Of a DNA stretch of 42,518 bases, positions 27,930 through 37,144 are shown in pieces. Source of the stretch: a virus (taxonomy: Duplodnaviria > Caudoviricetes). Location: IMG/VR virus record IMGVR_UViG_3300022178_000008, positions 1 to 42,518 of that record. The stretch is one strand, 5' to 3'. The notes under the pieces were generated by a model. The model saw nothing but the letters and a program-made list of their open reading frames with translations. It did no database searches and was not told where the DNA came from. The position numbers and the translations under genes are program-made. Position 1 is the first letter of the stretch. Every line of letters begins with the position of its first letter.

Positions 27930-28917
27930 ACAGCGAAACAAAGGGTATGAAGCCTCGCTTTCCAAAGACGGAGAACGCTTCCGCCGTACCTTCTCCACCT
28001 ATGAGGAAGCAGAGCAATGGGAAGCTAAAATACGGTTAGCCCTGATTGAAGGGCGTGACCCAAACAACCTTACAGTTCGTGGCGGAACTTGGTCTCTCAA
28101 TGAGGCAGTCTCAGCAACATTCAAAGCTATTTGGGCTGGGTCTAAATCAGAAGAAACTTCCTACAAAAATAGCAACGCCGCAATTTCTTTCTTTGGTAAG
28201 CATCATTCCCTTATCGCAATTACTACAGTTGAGTTACAAGAGTGGGTTCAGCACCTCCGTGAAATTGGTAACAGCAACGCAACTATCAATAGGAAACTAG
28301 CGGCACTCAGCCGTGTACTAACCTACGCGCACCAATGTAACCGACTATCATCAGTACCGCACATACCACGCCAACGGGAGGCTGTTAGTAGGCTACGCTG
28401 GGCAACGTACCAAGAAGAGCAAATCATGCTCGACCTATGTGATTCTTGGTCTATCCCAGCTATCAAAGACCTCCTAATCATCTTGCTTGATACAGGTATG
28501 CGTGTGGGCGAGGTGCTAAAGTTAACTGCACAAGATGCTTTCGCAGACAGGGTCGTTATAGTGGATCCTAAGAACGGGAAAACCCACGCAGTACCTCTGA
28601 CATCAAGAGCCTCTGAAATCATCTCTAAGCGCCTCCTAGAGGCTCCTAAGGGTGCTTTGTTTCCAATAACCTACACAAGCGCCCATTGGCACTTCAAAAA
28701 GATTACAGAGCACATGGGATTAGATGATGTGAGCATACACACATTGCGACATACATTCGCATCCCGCTTAGTACAGAAAGGGGTCTCTTTACAGGTCGTT
28801 AGCAAACTGCTAAATCATTCCACCTTGACTATGACGATGCGCTACGCCCACCTCGCACCCATGAACTATACTGATGCTATTTCAGTACTGGAAAGTGGAA
28901 ATGTTGGTGGCAATTAG
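27919..28917 (+). CDS. int: Tyrosine recombinase/integrase
   Basis: DTGMRVGE (R), KNG (K), HTLRHTFASRL (HxxR), LNH (H), TMRYAHL (Y). Confidence 0.96.
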   Translation: MTIKQRNKGYEASLSKDGERFRRTFSTYEEAEQWEAKIRLALIEGRDPNNLTVRGGTWSLNEAVSATFKAIWAGSKSEETSYKNSNAAISFFGKHHSLIAITTVELQEWVQHLREIGNSNATINRKLAALSRVLTYAHQCNRLSSVPHIPRQREAVSRLRWATYQEEQIMLDLCDSWSIPAIKDLLIILLDTGMRVGEVLKLTAQDAFADRVVIVDPKNGKTHAVPLTSRASEIISKRLLEAPKGALFPITYTSAHWHFKKITEHMGLDDVSIHTLRHTFASRLVQKGVSLQVVSKLLNHSTLTMTMRYAHLAPMNYTDAISVLESGNVGGN

Positions 28918-29185
28918 CATCAAAGTGTCAGCGAGCGTGGTGAAATTGGTATACACAAAGGACTTAAAATCCTTCGCCGTCAAAGGCTTGCGGGTTCAAG
29001 TCCCGCCGCTCGCACCAACACTACTAGACTTAAAATCCCCAAAGTCAATCATACGCAGTCGTAATCAATACATATCGGTAATAAAATTAAGCACTTGTAT
29101 GCTAGTGCTACAGTATTTTGTAGCTTGTTACGATTGCGTACAGACTTTGTGGCATAATACCCAGAGTGGCATTTCAGGTGGAAAT
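28895..29185. mobile_element. Probable attP region
   Basis: Between int and RNAP; second GACTTAAAATCC copy at 29027 flanked on both sides by GTGG(C/A)A repeats. Confidence 0.65.
28931..29017 (+). tRNA. tRNA-Leu, anticodon TAA, with encoded CCA
   Basis: Acceptor stem GCGAGCG/CGCTCGC+ACCA; anticodon arm AAGGA-CTTAAAA-TCCTT; long variable arm; T-arm GCGGG-TTCAAGT-CCCGC. Confidence 0.95.
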
Positions 29186-29186
29186 T

Positions 29187-29209
29187 TGAATGTGCCCATT
29201 ATCGCCCAC
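29187..29209 (+). promoter_or_regulatory. Candidate phage RNAP promoter upstream of the RNAP gene
   Basis: TGAATGTGCCCATTATCGC, identical over 19 bp to 31726..31744; both copies intergenic. Confidence 0.65.
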
Positions 29210-29238
29210 AGCAACCCAGCCTAAAGAAGGAACCATGT

Positions 29239-31692
29239 ATGGATACTATAGAAAAAACTATAGAAATTGATCCTCAGCAAATAGCTATAGAGGAAGAGAT
29301 GAGAAGGACATCTATAGATACCTATAGAAGGAACATAGACAAAGCCAAAGAACGTGGGGCAGAGTCTACAACCCTCTATGGTGTCAATCTGATGAAGCAC
29401 TCAGTAGTCTCACTATCATCAGCAATTGTGGAGTTCTTAGAATACGCCTTCGCAGGAAGGGCAGGAAAGACTCAAACATCGGCAGAGTTGCTTAACTTAG
29501 TTGACCCAGAGAAAGCCGCCTACCTGACCCTAAAGGTTGTCATGGATGGGGTCTCAAACAAGTATGCATTGACAAAGGTTGGTATGCGTATCGCCAACGT
29601 CTTAGAAGATGAAGTTAAATTTGGTGTCTTTGAGTCAAAGGACAAGGGTTGGTTTCAAGTCATACGAAATGAAGTGACTAAAAGAACAAGCAACAGGCAA
29701 GTACGTAGATATGCGCTGATTCACACAATGAATCGAAAGGCGCTGATTGATTTTAGCCCTTGGTCTCATATGGAAAAACTTATGCTGGGCTGTAAGCTCA
29801 TTGATCTGCTTATTCGCAGTACAGGCATAGTGGAACTACGCACCCAAACCTACTCAAAAACCAAGCGCACCCTGTACGTTGTGGCAACCGACAAAACACT
29901 TGATTGGATTGAGAAGGTCAATTCCAATGGCGAGTTGCTAAGTCCATTTTATTTGCCATGTATTGTGCCACCAAAGGATTGGACTAGCCCTACAGAAGGG
30001 GGGTACCACACCGAGTCAATACGCCCACTAAACCTGATTAAGACGTTTAACCGCAGGTATTTGGATGAGATGGCTAACTGTGAAATGCCTATGGAGTACA
30101 AAGCCGTAAACGCCTTACAGCAAACCAAGTGGGCTGTTAACACAAGGGTGCTGGACGTAATGCAAACAGCATGGGATTCTGGGCAACCGTGGAAAGGCAT
30201 CCCTGCACGTGAGGACTTAACCTTACCACCCTCACCCAATCCAGACTTGAAGAAGGAAGACATGGATGAGGTGCAGAAACATAAATTTTTGCAATGGAAA
30301 GCAGAGGCTTCTAAGATCCACCAAGCCAACAGCCGCACCACAAGTAAGCGTGTGCAATTCTCACGCACACTATCATTGGCTGGGCGCTTCCGAGATACGC
30401 CCTTCTACTTTCCGTATCAGACGGACTTCAGGGGGCGTAAGTACACCGTAGTTTCTTTCCTGTCACCACAGGGTGCTTCGTTCTCCAAAGCCCTGCTCAC
30501 ATTTTGTGACGCGCTACCTATAGAAGATCGCGAACAAGAAAGCTGGTTGGCGGTGCATGGTGCAAATTGCTTTGGCTATGACAAAGCCAGCCTTGAAGAT
30601 CGTCACAGTTGGGCGCTTGACCACACCCCAGAAATCATTGCGAGTGCAGAAGATCCATATAACAATCGCTTTTGGTTAGACGCGGATGAGCCGTGGATGT
30701 TTCTTGCGTTCTGCTTTGAGTGGGCTGGCTTCTGTGAAGAAGGCTATGGGTATATGTCTTCATTACCAATAGGCTTAGATGGCTCAAATAATGGTCTACA
30801 GCACTTCAGCGCGATGTTGCGAGATGAGGTGGCAGGTGCGGCAACAAACCTTATGCCGTCAGATAAGCCTCAAGATATCTACCAGACTGTAGCTGATAAA
30901 GTAGTTGTGGCACTCAAGCAAAAAGCCAGCAAAGGCGATGAGGAAGCAAAGAAGTGGTTGGAGTTTGGGGTTAATCGTAAAACCTGCAAGCGCCCTGTTA
31001 TGGTCTTGCCTTATGGTGGTCAGAAATATTCTTGCCGCCAATATATTGAAGACTATATCCGTGAGCGCGTTGAGGGGGGTGCGACCAACCCTTGGGATAC
31101 CGACCTATTTAAGCCTAGCTTGTACCTCACAGATTTTGTTTGGGAAGCTATAGGTGAGACGGTTACTTCTGCGCGAGAGGCAATGTCTTGGATTCAGGAT
31201 CAGGCAAAGCTAGTAGCAAAGCTGAACCTCCCCCTTATTTGGACAAGCCCCACAGGGTTCGTAGTTCAGCAACATTACCCCTCGATGATTCATAGACGCA
31301 TCAAGACGTACATTGACAATACGATTGTTAAGCCCTCCGTTAACGAGTTGGACTTTGCAAACCTTGACAAGCGCAGGTCGGTCAATGGTGCCAGCCCCAA
31401 CTTTGTTCACGCTCTGGATGCGGCGGCAATGACTATCACGATTTGTAAGGCTGTTGATCTAGGTATCAGGGACTATGCGATGATTCACGACAGCTATGGT
31501 GTCCACGCCCACCACACCCCCAAGCTGGCGACAGCCTTAAGGGAAGCGTTTGTGGAGATGTACACCAACCATGACCCCTTAGAAGAGTACCGTCAATCAA
31601 TCCTACAGGTTGTTGATGAGGTTCCCCCTCCACCAAAAAAGGGCAACCTAGACATCTCTAAAGTGCTGGACTCAGACTTTTTCTTTTCATAA
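29239..31692 (+). CDS. T7-like single-subunit RNA polymerase
   Basis: DFRGRKY, LDGSNNGLQHF (motif A), RKTCKRPVMVLPYG (motif B), IHDSYG (motif C). Confidence 0.98.
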   Translation: MDTIEKTIEIDPQQIAIEEEMRRTSIDTYRRNIDKAKERGAESTTLYGVNLMKHSVVSLSSAIVEFLEYAFAGRAGKTQTSAELLNLVDPEKAAYLTLKVVMDGVSNKYALTKVGMRIANVLEDEVKFGVFESKDKGWFQVIRNEVTKRTSNRQVRRYALIHTMNRKALIDFSPWSHMEKLMLGCKLIDLLIRSTGIVELRTQTYSKTKRTLYVVATDKTLDWIEKVNSNGELLSPFYLPCIVPPKDWTSPTEGGYHTESIRPLNLIKTFNRRYLDEMANCEMPMEYKAVNALQQTKWAVNTRVLDVMQTAWDSGQPWKGIPAREDLTLPPSPNPDLKKEDMDEVQKHKFLQWKAEASKIHQANSRTTSKRVQFSRTLSLAGRFRDTPFYFPYQTDFRGRKYTVVSFLSPQGASFSKALLTFCDALPIEDREQESWLAVHGANCFGYDKASLEDRHSWALDHTPEIIASAEDPYNNRFWLDADEPWMFLAFCFEWAGFCEEGYGYMSSLPIGLDGSNNGLQHFSAMLRDEVAGAATNLMPSDKPQDIYQTVADKVVVALKQKASKGDEEAKKWLEFGVNRKTCKRPVMVLPYGGQKYSCRQYIEDYIRERVEGGATNPWDTDLFKPSLYLTDFVWEAIGETVTSAREAMSWIQDQAKLVAKLNLPLIWTSPTGFVVQQHYPSMIHRRIKTYIDNTIVKPSVNELDFANLDKRRSVNGASPNFVHALDAAAMTITICKAVDLGIRDYAMIHDSYGVHAHHTPKLATALREAFVEMYTNHDPLEEYRQSILQVVDEVPPPPKKGNLDISKVLDSDFFFS

Positions 31693-31725
31693 TGTGTACG
31701 TAAGCGTACTAATTACGTTAAGATA

Positions 31726-31748
31726 TGAATGTGCCCATTATCGCTCAC
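31726..31748 (+). promoter_or_regulatory. Candidate phage RNAP promoter for replication genes
   Basis: Second copy of TGAATGTGCCCATTATCGC directly after RNAP, where T7 has phi1.1 promoters. Confidence 0.7.
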
Positions 31749-31767
31749 CAACCTTCAGGAGATCAAA

Positions 31768-31965
31768 TTGAAACCAGTTATTGACCTATACGCCGATGGG
31801 ATCCTCCCAGATGGCGCAGAATCGGAGCAGGATGTGCGCTTCACCTTTAATGAGGTTGAGGGGCAAGTTCTGGTGACGATTAATGATCAGGAAGTTGCCA
31901 TCAGCCGTGATGTCATCGCAGACCTGTTCTTTATTCATCGGGCGTTGAGTGGCTATGACGCTTAA
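31768..31965 (+). CDS. Small acidic hypothetical protein
   Basis: TTG start after AGGAG; in-frame 3' part of the track ORF 31729..31965. Confidence 0.65.
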   Translation: MKPVIDLYADGILPDGAESEQDVRFTFNEVEGQVLVTINDQEVAISRDVIADLFFIHRALSGYDA

Positions 31966-32107
31966 AGAAGAAGCTCAAAAAGACCTCTTTGTTGACCTTG
32001 CCGCAGTCCTTTTGGAAACAGAAGGCATGATCCCCCTAACCCTTGAAGTTATGCTCATGGAAATGGGGATCGATGTGGCTTTTTTAAAATCGAAATACAC
32101 GGATTAA
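31955..32107 (+). CDS. Small hypothetical protein (50 aa)
   Basis: Manually translated: MTLKEEAQKDLFVDLAAVLLETEGMIPLTLEVMLMEMGIDVAFLKSKYTD*. Fills the gap before SSB. Confidence 0.65.
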   Translation: MTLKEEAQKDLFVDLAAVLLETEGMIPLTLEVMLMEMGIDVAFLKSKYTD

Positions 32108-32110
32108 ACT

Positions 32111-32767
32111 ATGCAAATCTATAAAACACCTCGCGGTAAAGTTATGTGGGCTAAAGTTGTTACCCCAGACACTAAATTTGATGTCAACGGTACCTACTCT
32201 GTCAACATGACCTTAAAGGCTGATGACCCAGCTACTCAAGAAATGTGCGCGTTACTGGATCAAGCAGTACAAGACAAAGTCTCAAAGGAAATGGAGTTTA
32301 AGCCTGAGCGCTTTAAGTCCTTACCCGCTGGGGCACCTCTGACCGCACCACCCTACACCGAGGAAAATGGTGAGGTAACCTTCAAATTCAAATTGAAAGC
32401 GAAGGTCACAACTAAAACTGGTGAAAGCTACACCCAACGCCCGATTGTGGTGGACTCTAAGGGGTCTAACGTTCTGCGGGTGGCTGAAGACGGGCGCGTT
32501 ATGAACAACAGCTTCAGCGTGGGTAATGGCTCGGTCTGCGCGGTTCACTATCAGCAAGTCCCCTACTTCGTCGCCTCGACCAAACAATGTGGTGTGTCAC
32601 TACGCCTCAAAGCACTTCAAGTCTTTAAGCTGGAGAAATTCGGCAACGGTGGCTTGGACTTTGAAGAACAAGATGGTTTTAGCTACGAGGATGAAGACTT
32701 AGATTATGGCAACAGCAAAGAAACTCCCGCACCGCAAAGCGCGGGGAACGAAAACGGGGATTTTTAA
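32111..32767 (+). CDS. Single-stranded DNA-binding protein, gp2.5-like
   Basis: TP.G...WA....PDTKF...G.Y, VGNGS, GVSLRLKALQV; acidic tail ending in F. Confidence 0.93.
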   Translation: MQIYKTPRGKVMWAKVVTPDTKFDVNGTYSVNMTLKADDPATQEMCALLDQAVQDKVSKEMEFKPERFKSLPAGAPLTAPPYTEENGEVTFKFKLKAKVTTKTGESYTQRPIVVDSKGSNVLRVAEDGRVMNNSFSVGNGSVCAVHYQQVPYFVASTKQCGVSLRLKALQVFKLEKFGNGGLDFEEQDGFSYEDEDLDYGNSKETPAPQSAGNENGDF

Positions 32768-33185
32768 ATCCCAGTTTGAATCAACAGTTGCTCAATCATT
32801 GACAAGACAAGGTATTGGTTTCGAGTACGAACCGTACAACATCCCATACCTTGTCCAAAGAAATTACAAACCTGACTTTGTACTAGCCAATGGAATTATT
32901 ATTGAATGTAAGGGTTGGTTTGAATCTGAAGACCAACGCAAGATGCGGGCGGTAACTTCGGCAAACCCTACTCTTGATATTCGTATGCTTTTCATGCGGT
33001 TAGCGGGCAAAGTTCAGGGAAGTAATATGACTAACGCTCAATGGTGCGAGAAGTACGGTTTCTACTGTGCGGAGCAACGCATTCCAAAAGATTGGTTATA
33101 TGAAGACACGAGAGAAAACAAACTTCCTAGTGGTGCATTGCTCAGCAACCCCACCGAAGATGGACATCGGGAAAAAGGAAATTGA
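32706..33185 (+). CDS. Endonuclease I (Holliday junction resolvase), gp3-like
   Basis: FKSQFE, YKPDFVLANGIIIECKG, LDIR..F, WCEKYGF. Confidence 0.93.
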   Translation: MATAKKLPHRKARGTKTGIFKSQFESTVAQSLTRQGIGFEYEPYNIPYLVQRNYKPDFVLANGIIIECKGWFESEDQRKMRAVTSANPTLDIRMLFMRLAGKVQGSNMTNAQWCEKYGFYCAEQRIPKDWLYEDTRENKLPSGALLSNPTEDGHREKGN

Positions 33186-33528
33186 CACATGGCACCGCCA
33201 AAAAGGGTGGCTAATGATCGGTTATCATTACGTCATTAAGCGTAATGGTGAAGTGGAGATTGGGCGCGAACTAAAACAGGTTGGCGCTCATGTACAAGGA
33301 CACAATCACGAGAGCTTAGGCGTGTGTTTGGTCGGTGGTATTGATGCTGATGGGGAACCTGAAGCCAACTACACAGAAGAGCAATACAACGCGCTGAGTA
33401 CCCTGCTGTACCAGTTGAAGACTATCTATCCCGAAGCGGAGATTAAAGGTCACCGCAATTTTGCTAATAAGGCTTGCCCTAGTTTTGATGTGGAGGAATG
33501 GTGGAAGAACAAGACTCAAGGTTCTTAA
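33100..33528 (+). CDS. N-acetylmuramoyl-L-alanine amidase (T7 lysozyme, gp3.5-like)
   Basis: VVHCSAT, IGYHYVI, GAHV.GHN, GH, KACPSFDV; start moved to the ATG at 33100. Confidence 0.95.
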   Translation: MKTREKTNFLVVHCSATPPKMDIGKKEIDTWHRQKGWLMIGYHYVIKRNGEVEIGRELKQVGAHVQGHNHESLGVCLVGGIDADGEPEANYTEEQYNALSTLLYQLKTIYPEAEIKGHRNFANKACPSFDVEEWWKNKTQGS

Positions 33529-35135
33529 GACACGAGGCTTGTGACAGTTGTGGATCAAGCGATGCAAAAGCTGTATATGACGATGGTCATACCTTTTGTT
33601 TCGCTTGTGAAGCAAGGACTCACGGTGACGGTCAACAAGACATTCAAGAAGTGCCCAGCAAGTTAGCTAATGGGTTTGTACGTGGTCGCTCACAGGAGCT
33701 ATCTAAGCGAGGTATTAAGCGAGAGACCTGTGCGTTCTGGGGGTATGAGGTAGGACAATACAATGGGCAGACAGTCCATGTAGCTAACTACAAAGATGAG
33801 ACTGGCGAAGTAGTGTTCCAGAAAATAAGATTCCCTAATAAGGATTTCTTAGGGATTGGTAACATCACTAAAGCTGGACTCTACGGACAGCACCTTTGGC
33901 GTGATGGCGGCAAGCGGGTGATTGTGTGTGAAGGTGAAGTGGATGCGTTATCGTTATCCCAAGCCAACGGTCTCCTCAACGGTGATCGGTGGGCTGTTGT
34001 CTCTGTTCCAACAGGGGCTAGTGGCGCGGCAAAAGCCGTTCGTAAAAGCATAGATTGGCTTGAGAAATTTGAGACAGTCATCTTTATGATGGACAATGAT
34101 GAGGTGGGCATTAAAGCCGCCCGTGAATGTGCCGCCTTACTATCACCAAAGAAAGCAAAAGTAGCAACGCTTCCACTCAAGGACGCTAACGAAATGCTTG
34201 TTGCAGGTCGTTCGGCTGAGATGATCAGATGTATGTGGGACGCTAAGAGCTACGCGCCTGACGGCATTGTTGCTATGTCTGACCTATGGGAGCGCATTTC
34301 AGAACCAAAGTCACACCATTCTTTTCAGTACCCTTTTGACGGGCTGAACAAGAAAACGTTAGGCATCAGGAAATCTGAGATTGTCACAATTACTGCGGGA
34401 AGTGGTATTGGTAAATCACAGATCTGCCGTGAGATTGCATACAGCCTCATCCAGCAAGGACAGCGCATTGGCTATATAGCCCTCGAAGAGTCTGTAGAGC
34501 GTACTGCGCTGGGCTTAATGGGTGTGCTGGCTAACAAGCCATTACACTTAGACGGCGGGGATATGCTTGAGAACAAGCAGTACTTTGATGCCTTAGCACC
34601 TTATGTAGACCTCTATGATCATTGGGGTAGTTCAGACAGCGACAACCTAATGAACAGGATTCGATACATGGTTCGCGGCAATGAGTGTGATTTCATTGTC
34701 CTCGATCACTTATCGATTGTTGTGAGTGGTGTCGCGGAAGGGGATGAACGGCGCTTAATTGATAACACAATTACCAAGCTACGTTCTCTTGTTGAGGAAT
34801 TGAAGTGTGGGATGATCCTTGTGTCACACCTAAAGCGTCCCCCAATGGGCAAAGGTCACGAAGAAGGGGCACAGACCTCCTTAGCTCAGCTACGGGGTTC
34901 TGCCGCCATTGGACAACTAAGCGATATTGTTATCGGTGCGGAGCGTGATCAACAGGGGGACAGCCCAGATGTAACCACACTCCGTATTCTTAAGAATCGC
35001 TTCACAGGAGAAACGGGTGTCGCAACACAACTTAGTTATCAAAGAGAAACTGGACGCTTGCATGAAATTACTGAAGGAGGTTCGGGCGTACTTGCGTTCG
35101 AGTACTCCGACAGGGAAGCTGACCGAGAGTTCTAA
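33498..35135 (+). CDS. DNA primase-helicase, gp4-like
   Basis: Zn finger CDSC..CFAC, TOPRIM EGEVDALS and DND, Walker A AGSGIGKS, LDHLSI, LRGS. Confidence 0.97.
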   Translation: MVEEQDSRFLRHEACDSCGSSDAKAVYDDGHTFCFACEARTHGDGQQDIQEVPSKLANGFVRGRSQELSKRGIKRETCAFWGYEVGQYNGQTVHVANYKDETGEVVFQKIRFPNKDFLGIGNITKAGLYGQHLWRDGGKRVIVCEGEVDALSLSQANGLLNGDRWAVVSVPTGASGAAKAVRKSIDWLEKFETVIFMMDNDEVGIKAARECAALLSPKKAKVATLPLKDANEMLVAGRSAEMIRCMWDAKSYAPDGIVAMSDLWERISEPKSHHSFQYPFDGLNKKTLGIRKSEIVTITAGSGIGKSQICREIAYSLIQQGQRIGYIALEESVERTALGLMGVLANKPLHLDGGDMLENKQYFDALAPYVDLYDHWGSSDSDNLMNRIRYMVRGNECDFIVLDHLSIVVSGVAEGDERRLIDNTITKLRSLVEELKCGMILVSHLKRPPMGKGHEEGAQTSLAQLRGSAAIGQLSDIVIGAERDQQGDSPDVTTLRILKNRFTGETGVATQLSYQRETGRLHEITEGGSGVLAFEYSDREADREF

Positions 35136-35163
35136 TGCTATCATCGAGGATGGAGTGTTCATC

Positions 35164-35334
35164 ATGTATCCAGAAGATGCACTCCGTTCTGCCTTCTTGT
35201 CTTACAAAAAGGAACTAACCGATTTGTTTGGTGAGAGGGCAGAGATCCCAACCATTGAAGAGTTCCGATTCAGTTTTGAAGATGAGTTAGTGGACACCTA
35301 CTACTTAGATTATCCTGATGAGGACGAAGATTAA
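35164..35334 (+). CDS. Small acidic hypothetical protein
   Basis: ATG at 35164 with upstream GGAG; PTIEEFR..FE motif. Confidence 0.6.
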   Translation: MYPEDALRSAFLSYKKELTDLFGERAEIPTIEEFRFSFEDELVDTYYLDYPDEDED

Positions 35335-35355
35335 TCAACTCCAGCGAGAGGCGAA

Positions 35356-37122
35356 ATGAAAAGACTTATATTTGATATCGAGACTAACGGTCTATACGAT
35401 AACGTAACTGTTACGCATTGTGGTGTGACTATCGATGTGGACACCGATGAGGTGCGTACCTACCGACCAGATCAAATCCAACAGATGCTGTTTGACATTA
35501 GTGAGGCTACTTTACTGATTGGGCACAACATCATGTCATATGATCTGCCTGTGTTAGAGAAGTTGCACAACTACCAGCACAAGGGTGAAGTATTCGACAC
35601 CTTAGTCGCCACGCGGCTTGTTTGGAGCGATCTGAAAGATAAGGACTTCACCGCTTACCGCGCAGGAAAGATTCAAAGTAAGTTGATTGGTCGCCATTCT
35701 CTTGAGGCTTGGGGTGTACGCCTTGGGCTTCACAAGGGGGATTTTGGAAAGCAGAATAAATGGGACGAGTTTACCGAAGAAATGCTAGAGTACTGCATCC
35801 AAGACGTGAAGGTAACAAAGTACCTTTACGAGAGGATCCTAGCGAAGGACTATTCGGAAGATGCGTTATCAATGGAGCATCAGATCCACGCAATCTGCCT
35901 ACAGCAAACAAAAAACGGGTTCCCATTCGACGTGGAAGCCGCAACTCTGTTAAACGCAGAATTGAGCGATCAGCTACTGCTACTAGAGCGGAAGCTAGTC
36001 GAGACTTTCGGGGGCTGGTGGGTGAATTTAGGCGAGTTTACCCCGAAGATGAACCGCGCCCCTTATATGGTGGGGTGCCCCCTGACGAAGATTACATGGG
36101 TGGACTTCAACCCAAGTTCTAGACAGCACATAGCCAAGAAGCTGATAAGTCTTGGCTGGAAACCAGAGTTATTTACAGAAACTAACGAGCCAAAGGTGGA
36201 TGAGACAACTTTAAGTGACTGCGCCCTGCCTGAAGCAGGTCTGATAAAAGAATACCTCTTGCTCCAGAAGCGCATCGCACAGATCGCAGAAGGCAGACAG
36301 GGGTGGTTGAGGATGCAGAAGAACGGGCGCATTCATGGTGAGGTAAACACTATGGGAACTGTCACAGGACGTTGCTCCCATCAAAACCCAAATCTTGGAC
36401 AAGTGCCAAAGGTGGGTTCAAGGTACGGCGAAGAATGCCGCGCTTTGTTTTATGCCCCTGAGGGATACATGATGATGGGTTGTGACGTTTCTGGCTTGGA
36501 GTTGCGGATGCTTGCGCACTTCATGGCGAAGTATGATGCCGGCGAATACGGAAGGATCCTCCTTGAGGGGGATATCCACACAGCTAATCAAACAGCCGCA
36601 GGACTGCCAACACGAAACTCCGCAAAGACATTTATCTATGGTTACCTCTACGGGGCAGGTGATGAGAAGATTGGTAAAATCATCGGTAAGGGTTCTGGTG
36701 CAGGTAAAAAGCTAAAGGCACAGTTCCTTAAAGCAACCCCTGCTTTGGATACCCTTAGGAAAGCTGTAGAACGCGCCGCCTCGCGGGGACACCTTGTTGG
36801 GCTAGATAAGCGACACATCCCCATCAGAAGCTCCCATGCCGCGCTTAACTCTCTTTTACAGGGTGGAGGTGCGTTGGTGTGCAAACGGTGGGTTATTGAG
36901 TTCCATGCTCTGCTTAAAGCGCAGGGATACAAAGAAGGCGAAGATTACCAACAGGTAGCCTTTGTGCATGACGAAGTTCAAGTATTAGTTAAGGAGAAGT
37001 ATGCTGAAGACATTGGAAAAAGCTGTATCGAAGCAATCAAACGCGCTGGGCAGTACTACACCATTAGGATCCCGCTGGACGGTGAGTTCAAGGTTGGTCG
37101 TAACTGGGCAGAAACACACTAG
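35356..37122 (+). CDS. DNA polymerase family A with 3'-5' exonuclease, gp5-like
   Basis: FDIETNG, GHNI..YD, YCIQDV; DVSGLELR (A), R..AKTFIYGYLYG (B), VHDE (C). Confidence 0.98.
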   Translation: MKRLIFDIETNGLYDNVTVTHCGVTIDVDTDEVRTYRPDQIQQMLFDISEATLLIGHNIMSYDLPVLEKLHNYQHKGEVFDTLVATRLVWSDLKDKDFTAYRAGKIQSKLIGRHSLEAWGVRLGLHKGDFGKQNKWDEFTEEMLEYCIQDVKVTKYLYERILAKDYSEDALSMEHQIHAICLQQTKNGFPFDVEAATLLNAELSDQLLLLERKLVETFGGWWVNLGEFTPKMNRAPYMVGCPLTKITWVDFNPSSRQHIAKKLISLGWKPELFTETNEPKVDETTLSDCALPEAGLIKEYLLLQKRIAQIAEGRQGWLRMQKNGRIHGEVNTMGTVTGRCSHQNPNLGQVPKVGSRYGEECRALFYAPEGYMMMGCDVSGLELRMLAHFMAKYDAGEYGRILLEGDIHTANQTAAGLPTRNSAKTFIYGYLYGAGDEKIGKIIGKGSGAGKKLKAQFLKATPALDTLRKAVERAASRGHLVGLDKRHIPIRSSHAALNSLLQGGGALVCKRWVIEFHALLKAQGYKEGEDYQQVAFVHDEVQVLVKEKYAEDIGKSCIEAIKRAGQYYTIRIPLDGEFKVGRNWAETH

Positions 37123-37144
37123 ATCTTTAGAAGACCGCACACGC

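Noticed and set aside
28874-29224. 116-aa ORF after the integrase
   Set aside because: Runs through the tRNA and attP/operator region, with no RBS or recognisable motif
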